IMG/VR virus record: IMGVR_UViG_3300027782_000066
Span: 15,303 to 79,302 of that record
DNA from: a virus
Direction: 5' to 3' (one strand)
Length of the DNA stretch: 64,000 bases
Below are positions 60,000-64,000 of this stretch, piece after piece; positions within the stretch are counted from its first letter, which is position 1, and every line of letters begins with the position of its first letter. Made by a program: the position numbers and the translations under genes. A model generated the notes under the pieces. The model ran no database searches. It saw nothing but the letters and a program-made list of their open reading frames with translations, and was not told where the DNA came from.

Positions 60000-60544
60000 T
60001 ACACATTATTACTCCCTGCTCTCGTCCAGAAAATTTAATCTTTTTAAAAGATTCTATTCCTGAAAAGTGTAATTGGATTGTTGTATATGATAAGTTGGCA
60101 AAACCAACTTCAGAAATTGAAGGAGCAACCATTTTATATTCTCCTTATACGGGAAGTGCTGGAAATCCCAATAGAAATTATGCATTAGATACTATTGAAT
60201 TTTCTGATACTGATTGGATATACATTCTTGATGACGATAATATTATTCATCCAGAATGGTATGATAAAGTAAAAGATTTCACTGCCGATTATCTTAATAT
60301 GATTGCTTGGGGTCAAGTTTGGAAAAATAATAGTGTTCGTTTAGCACCATCAAATAATCCAAACGTTGGTAACATTGATACCTCTTGCTATATGGTTAGA
60401 GGTAAGGTAATGAAGACCCTTCGTTATGATATGCTGTATGAAGCAGATGGTATTATGGCAAGACAAGCATATGAGCAAGGAGGTTTTATGATGCTTGATC
60501 AATATCTTGGGTATTATAATTACCTTAGAACGCCTCCTTGTTAG
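59996..60544 (+). CDS. Glycosyltransferase, GT-A fold
   Basis: IITPCSRPENL; WIVVYD; RNYALD; YILDDDN (DxD); IDTSC; ADG. Confidence 0.8.
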   Translation: MIHIITPCSRPENLIFLKDSIPEKCNWIVVYDKLAKPTSEIEGATILYSPYTGSAGNPNRNYALDTIEFSDTDWIYILDDDNIIHPEWYDKVKDFTADYLNMIAWGQVWKNNSVRLAPSNNPNVGNIDTSCYMVRGKVMKTLRYDMLYEADGIMARQAYEQGGFMMLDQYLGYYNYLRTPPC

Positions 60545-60577
60545 ATGTTAAGAGTTTTAGTATCCTATTTCGCTTAT

Positions 60578-60585
60578 TATAAATA
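60578..60585 (+). promoter_or_regulatory. T4-type late promoter
   Basis: TATAAATA. Confidence 0.85.
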
Positions 60586-60614
60586 CTTTTAAGCAAAAGT
60601 ATTAAAGTTATCGA

Positions 60615-62750
60615 ATGTCACGTATATATGTTGACGAGGTTATAGCAAGTGGCTTAACTCAGGTAAATTTTCCTCAGGGAATTAAAATTGCTGCAGCTAA
60701 AACCATAGATTTAAGCGAATCAGCTATTAATTTAACCTCTGGTATTGGTATTGACGGTCAAGTATTGGCTGCTACTGGCACTGGACTTGCTTGGTCTACC
60801 AGAGTTAATACTGATACTACTTACACTTTTGATGGTAGAGGTCTTGCTGTAAATGATGTTAAGCTTGATCTTACTGCTGGTGGATCTGGATCTGGTACAC
60901 AAACTATTACATTTGCTGGAGAGAATGCAGTAAATGTAACTTATTATAGTGGTTCAAGAACAGTAAGAATATCTGCTACAGATACTAATACGACTTATCA
61001 AGTATCTGCTGTAGATGGAACCACTGGTAAAAAAATTATTAGATTGACTGGATCTGATTCCATTACAGATGATGTCACTTTAGTTGCTGGTAGTAATATT
61101 AGTCTTAGCAGAACAAATGATGAAATTACTATTAGCACTGTTCTTTCTGGAACTATAAGCGGTCCTGGTTCCTCAACTGATACTGCAATTGCTTTGTTTG
61201 ACGGAACTGCGGGAAATCTTTTAAAAAATTCTTCTGTTAGAGTAACTACTTCTGGTGCTATTGTAACGACATCAGGAGTAGGTAATTTACTTCCTTTCTA
61301 TTATCCTACTCAAGCAACCTTCCCGAGTCCGACACAATACAAGGGCGCGGTTGCATATTCTGATAATGGCGGCAATCTTTTTTATTCAACCAATGCACAA
61401 TGGATTCAGTTAGCAAAACTCTCTGATATTTCTCCTGATACTAATACTACCTATAGTGTATCAGCAGTTGATGGTAACACATCTCAGAGAAAACTTATTC
61501 GTTTAACTGATTCAAATGCAATCACTGATGATGTAACTTTAGTTGCTGGTAATGGTATTTCTTTATCAAGAACAAATGATGAAATTACTTTTGCATCTAA
61601 AACTTATAATATTTCTGCAGAAACTGCGAGCGGTAATGCAGTAAATTTACGTCTCACTGATTCTTTATCTGGAATTGATGATGTTACTTTTATTGGAGCT
61701 AATGGTATTGCAGTAGCAAGAACCGATATTCATACTATTACAATTGGTACTACAAACTCTGGTGTAACCCAATACACTGATGCTCTAGCAAAACTTGCTG
61801 CATTCACTGCATTAAATAATGGTACAAAATCTGGTATTAGTTTTACTTACGATTCTGCTAATAATGTAATTAATACTATTGTTACTGCTAGTGGTGTTGG
61901 AGGTGGAGGCGGTGGAATTCTTTATGATTTTTATGGAAGTAATTCCACTAGCAATCAAGTAATTTTAACTCTTGATCCTAGTGATGGTGTTAATGATACC
62001 GTAGAATTTGCAGGTACTGGTGGTACTACAGTATCTTGGGATAGTATTAATAAAAAAGCAAGCATTCAAAGTACTGCTCCTGTTAATTCTGATTGGAATG
62101 CTACTACTGGTCTCGCTCAGATTTTAAATAAACCTACAATTCCTTCAGCATATACACTTCCAACTTCTTCAACATCAGTTCTTGGCGGTGTCAAGATTGA
62201 TGGATCCACAATTACTATCACTGCTAGTGGTATCATCAGTGCAACTCCTGGTGGATATATTTTACCAACAGCAACATCATCAGTTCTTGGCGGTATAAAG
62301 ATTGGTGCTGGTCTTTCTATTGATGGTAATGGTGTAGTCACAGTTACTGCCAGTGGAGTTGGTGGAGGACTAGTATCTCGCCAAGCATTAGCAGGAACTA
62401 CATCTTCAATTAATAATAACGCAACCACAGAACTAAATATAATTGGATATAAAGCATATACATTATTAAATATTCAAACAACAGCAGCCGCTTGGGTCAG
62501 AGTTTATACAGACGATGTTTCAAGAGATGCTGATTTGACCAGAAGTGAAGGTCAAGATCCTGTAGCTGGTTCTGGAGTAATCACTGAAGTGAGAACGACG
62601 GGAGCACAAACAGTTCTTATTTCTCCTGGTGTGATTGGATTTAATAATGATGCTGTACCAACTACTAATATTTACCTTTCTGTTACAAACAGAAGTGGCT
62701 CGGCAACTCCCATCACTGTAACCCTTACCGCAATTAGATTAGAGGCATAA
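60615..62750 (+). CDS. Tail fibre-like protein with internal repeats
   Basis: ~50-aa repeats DTNTTY.VSAVDG...IRLT...DDVTLVAG..ISLSRTNDEIT; two LPT..S.VLGG.KI repeats. Confidence 0.8.
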   Translation: MSRIYVDEVIASGLTQVNFPQGIKIAAAKTIDLSESAINLTSGIGIDGQVLAATGTGLAWSTRVNTDTTYTFDGRGLAVNDVKLDLTAGGSGSGTQTITFAGENAVNVTYYSGSRTVRISATDTNTTYQVSAVDGTTGKKIIRLTGSDSITDDVTLVAGSNISLSRTNDEITISTVLSGTISGPGSSTDTAIALFDGTAGNLLKNSSVRVTTSGAIVTTSGVGNLLPFYYPTQATFPSPTQYKGAVAYSDNGGNLFYSTNAQWIQLAKLSDISPDTNTTYSVSAVDGNTSQRKLIRLTDSNAITDDVTLVAGNGISLSRTNDEITFASKTYNISAETASGNAVNLRLTDSLSGIDDVTFIGANGIAVARTDIHTITIGTTNSGVTQYTDALAKLAAFTALNNGTKSGISFTYDSANNVINTIVTASGVGGGGGGILYDFYGSNSTSNQVILTLDPSDGVNDTVEFAGTGGTTVSWDSINKKASIQSTAPVNSDWNATTGLAQILNKPTIPSAYTLPTSSTSVLGGVKIDGSTITITASGIISATPGGYILPTATSSVLGGIKIGAGLSIDGNGVVTVTASGVGGGLVSRQALAGTTSSINNNATTELNIIGYKAYTLLNIQTTAAAWVRVYTDDVSRDADLTRSEGQDPVAGSGVITEVRTTGAQTVLISPGVIGFNNDAVPTTNIYLSVTNRSGSATPITVTLTAIRLEA

Positions 62751-62751
62751 T

Positions 62752-64000
62752 ATGGCAATTGTAAAAAGCGTTGTTCAAGTTAATAACGGAAACACTGGTT
62801 GGACAAAAACACATGTATTAAATGCTTTAGAGCAAACATTTGCTAATCTTGGGTTCAATGATGGGTCTCAAGTAAATGGAGTTGCTTGTACTACTCTTGC
62901 TCCTACTTCAACTACTCCTTATAGTGTCACTAGTGCTAATGAAAGCTGGAGATTTTGTGGTGGTTATGCTGCAGAATCTTATTTAACTTCAGTAACAAAA
63001 TCTTATCAAGTTACTACAAGTGGTAATTCATATTTAATGAGAGAATTTTTTGGACCGTCTTATATTTCAACCAATGATCAACTTACTATTAATAGACATG
63101 GATTAACAACTGGAGCCCCAATTGTAGCGTCTGGTGCTACTAGTATTTCTACTTCTACAGGATCTTTAACTAATAGCACTACTTATTATGCAATTGTAAT
63201 TGATGTTAATAATATTAAACTTGCTACTTCTTCTGGAGATGCAAGTTCAGGAATTGCAATAGACATTACAAATAATTATAATAGTCCGAATATTAGGTTT
63301 ACGAAACTTGATTATGTTACACACCCAAATATTACTCTGTATCAAAGTGATTCACTTTATTTTGAATATGTAAATATAACTGGTCATCCATTGTATCTCA
63401 CCGATACTGCGGGAGCTTACTCTACAAATAGAGTATTAAATACTACTAATTATAATGCAGTCAGTTATAGAAATCAACCAACTGGACAGGGAAATACTTC
63501 TGGAAATCTATCTTGGGATACCAATGGTTGGAAACAAGGAAGCTATTATTACGTTTGTCAAAATCACAGTTCTATGACAGGAACAATTACTGTTCTTCCA
63601 AATACTTATACTTATGCAACTGCGATTGGATACAATTTTCCTTATTGGGATTATACAGTTCCTTCTTCTGGTTCAAGAAGTTCATTGACAGTTCGTGTGT
63701 ATAGATACCCTAGAACTTATTCATATCCTGGTTATGTTGCCGCAATACAAATATTAAGTACTACCAGTAGTGGATGGTCAAACGATGAAGTGTTTACTAT
63801 TCCTGGTAATCAAATAGGTGGAGCGACTTCAACAAATGATATTGTTTTTGGTGTAAATAATTCTACAACCCCCTCAATTAAAGTTACTAACTTAGGAGCT
63901 GGTGCTAATTTCTATCAGAAGTTTACTAATCAATCCAAAGCAATTTTAAAAGTAGTTAATAATGTATCTAAGACATATGGAACTACTTATTATGGATTTG
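62752..64000 (+). CDS. Virion structural protein, 3'-truncated, with a cupredoxin-like domain
   Basis: ATG at 62752 (MAIVKSVVQVNNGNTGW...), reads on to the window end; contains GHP...YYYVCQNHSSM; not in the track. Confidence 0.8.
   Translation, partial: MAIVKSVVQVNNGNTGWTKTHVLNALEQTFANLGFNDGSQVNGVACTTLAPTSTTPYSVTSANESWRFCGGYAAESYLTSVTKSYQVTTSGNSYLMREFFGPSYISTNDQLTINRHGLTTGAPIVASGATSISTSTGSLTNSTTYYAIVIDVNNIKLATSSGDASSGIAIDITNNYNSPNIRFTKLDYVTHPNITLYQSDSLYFEYVNITGHPLYLTDTAGAYSTNRVLNTTNYNAVSYRNQPTGQGNTSGNLSWDTNGWKQGSYYYVCQNHSSMTGTITVLPNTYTYATAIGYNFPYWDYTVPSSGSRSSLTVRVYRYPRTYSYPGYVAAIQILSTTSSGWSNDEVFTIPGNQIGGATSTNDIVFGVNNSTTPSIKVTNLGAGANFYQKFTNQSKAILKVVNNVSKTYGTTYYGF

Noticed and set aside
63513-63704. 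63-aa track ORF
   Set aside because: Shadow frame within the open gene 62752..>64000
1-64000. CRISPR/TIGR-like arrays, DGR, integrase, introns/inteins
   Set aside because: Intergenic gaps are short with no spaced repeat arrays; no reverse transcriptase or integrase ORF despite the Mtd_N-like gene; gp17, gp43, gp41, nrdA and nrdB are normal-length and uninterrupted
1-64000. Alternative genetic code/stop-codon recoding
   Set aside because: Core genes are full-length under the standard code and no suppressor tRNA is present

Overview
A 64-kb segment of an AT-rich T4-like myovirus. It most resembles T4-like cyanophages (hsp20, mazG, cytidyltransferase-like gene, cyanophage-type small ORFs), but the host is inferred only: no psbA, hli or talC genes are in the window. 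Nearly all genes are on the + strand. In order: repeat-rich virion/fibre proteins (one of 3400 aa); the neck, terminase, tail, portal and head block (gp13-gp23, gp3); uvsY-uvsW-gp55-gp47-gp46; the replisome (gp45, gp44, gp62, regA, hsp20, gp43, uvsX, gp41, mazG); an enzyme island carrying late-type promoters (PD-(D/E)xK-like nuclease, ligase-like KxDG protein, HxGH nucleotidyltransferase, SAM methyltransferase, modular polyprotein); primase, nrdA and nrdB; a minus-strand GIY-YIG endonuclease; a structured RNA leader before a lysozyme-like gene; five tRNAs; a glycosyltransferase-methyltransferase-glycosyltransferase cluster; and further tail-fibre-like genes. T4 late promoters (TATAAATA) and sigma70-type promoters are readable throughout. 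Best leads for new biology: (i) the late enzyme island at 43.2-48.2 kb, plus a late Pol-beta-type nucleotidyltransferase and Glu-punctuated polyproteins that look capsid-packaged and gp21-processed; (ii) a promoter, immediate terminator and structured (abiF-like) RNA at 55.6-55.8 kb; (iii) a back-to-back antisense sigma70 promoter near uvsW/gp55; (iv) a candidate ~60-nt late sRNA after hsp20. Family names come from motif recognition, not database searches.
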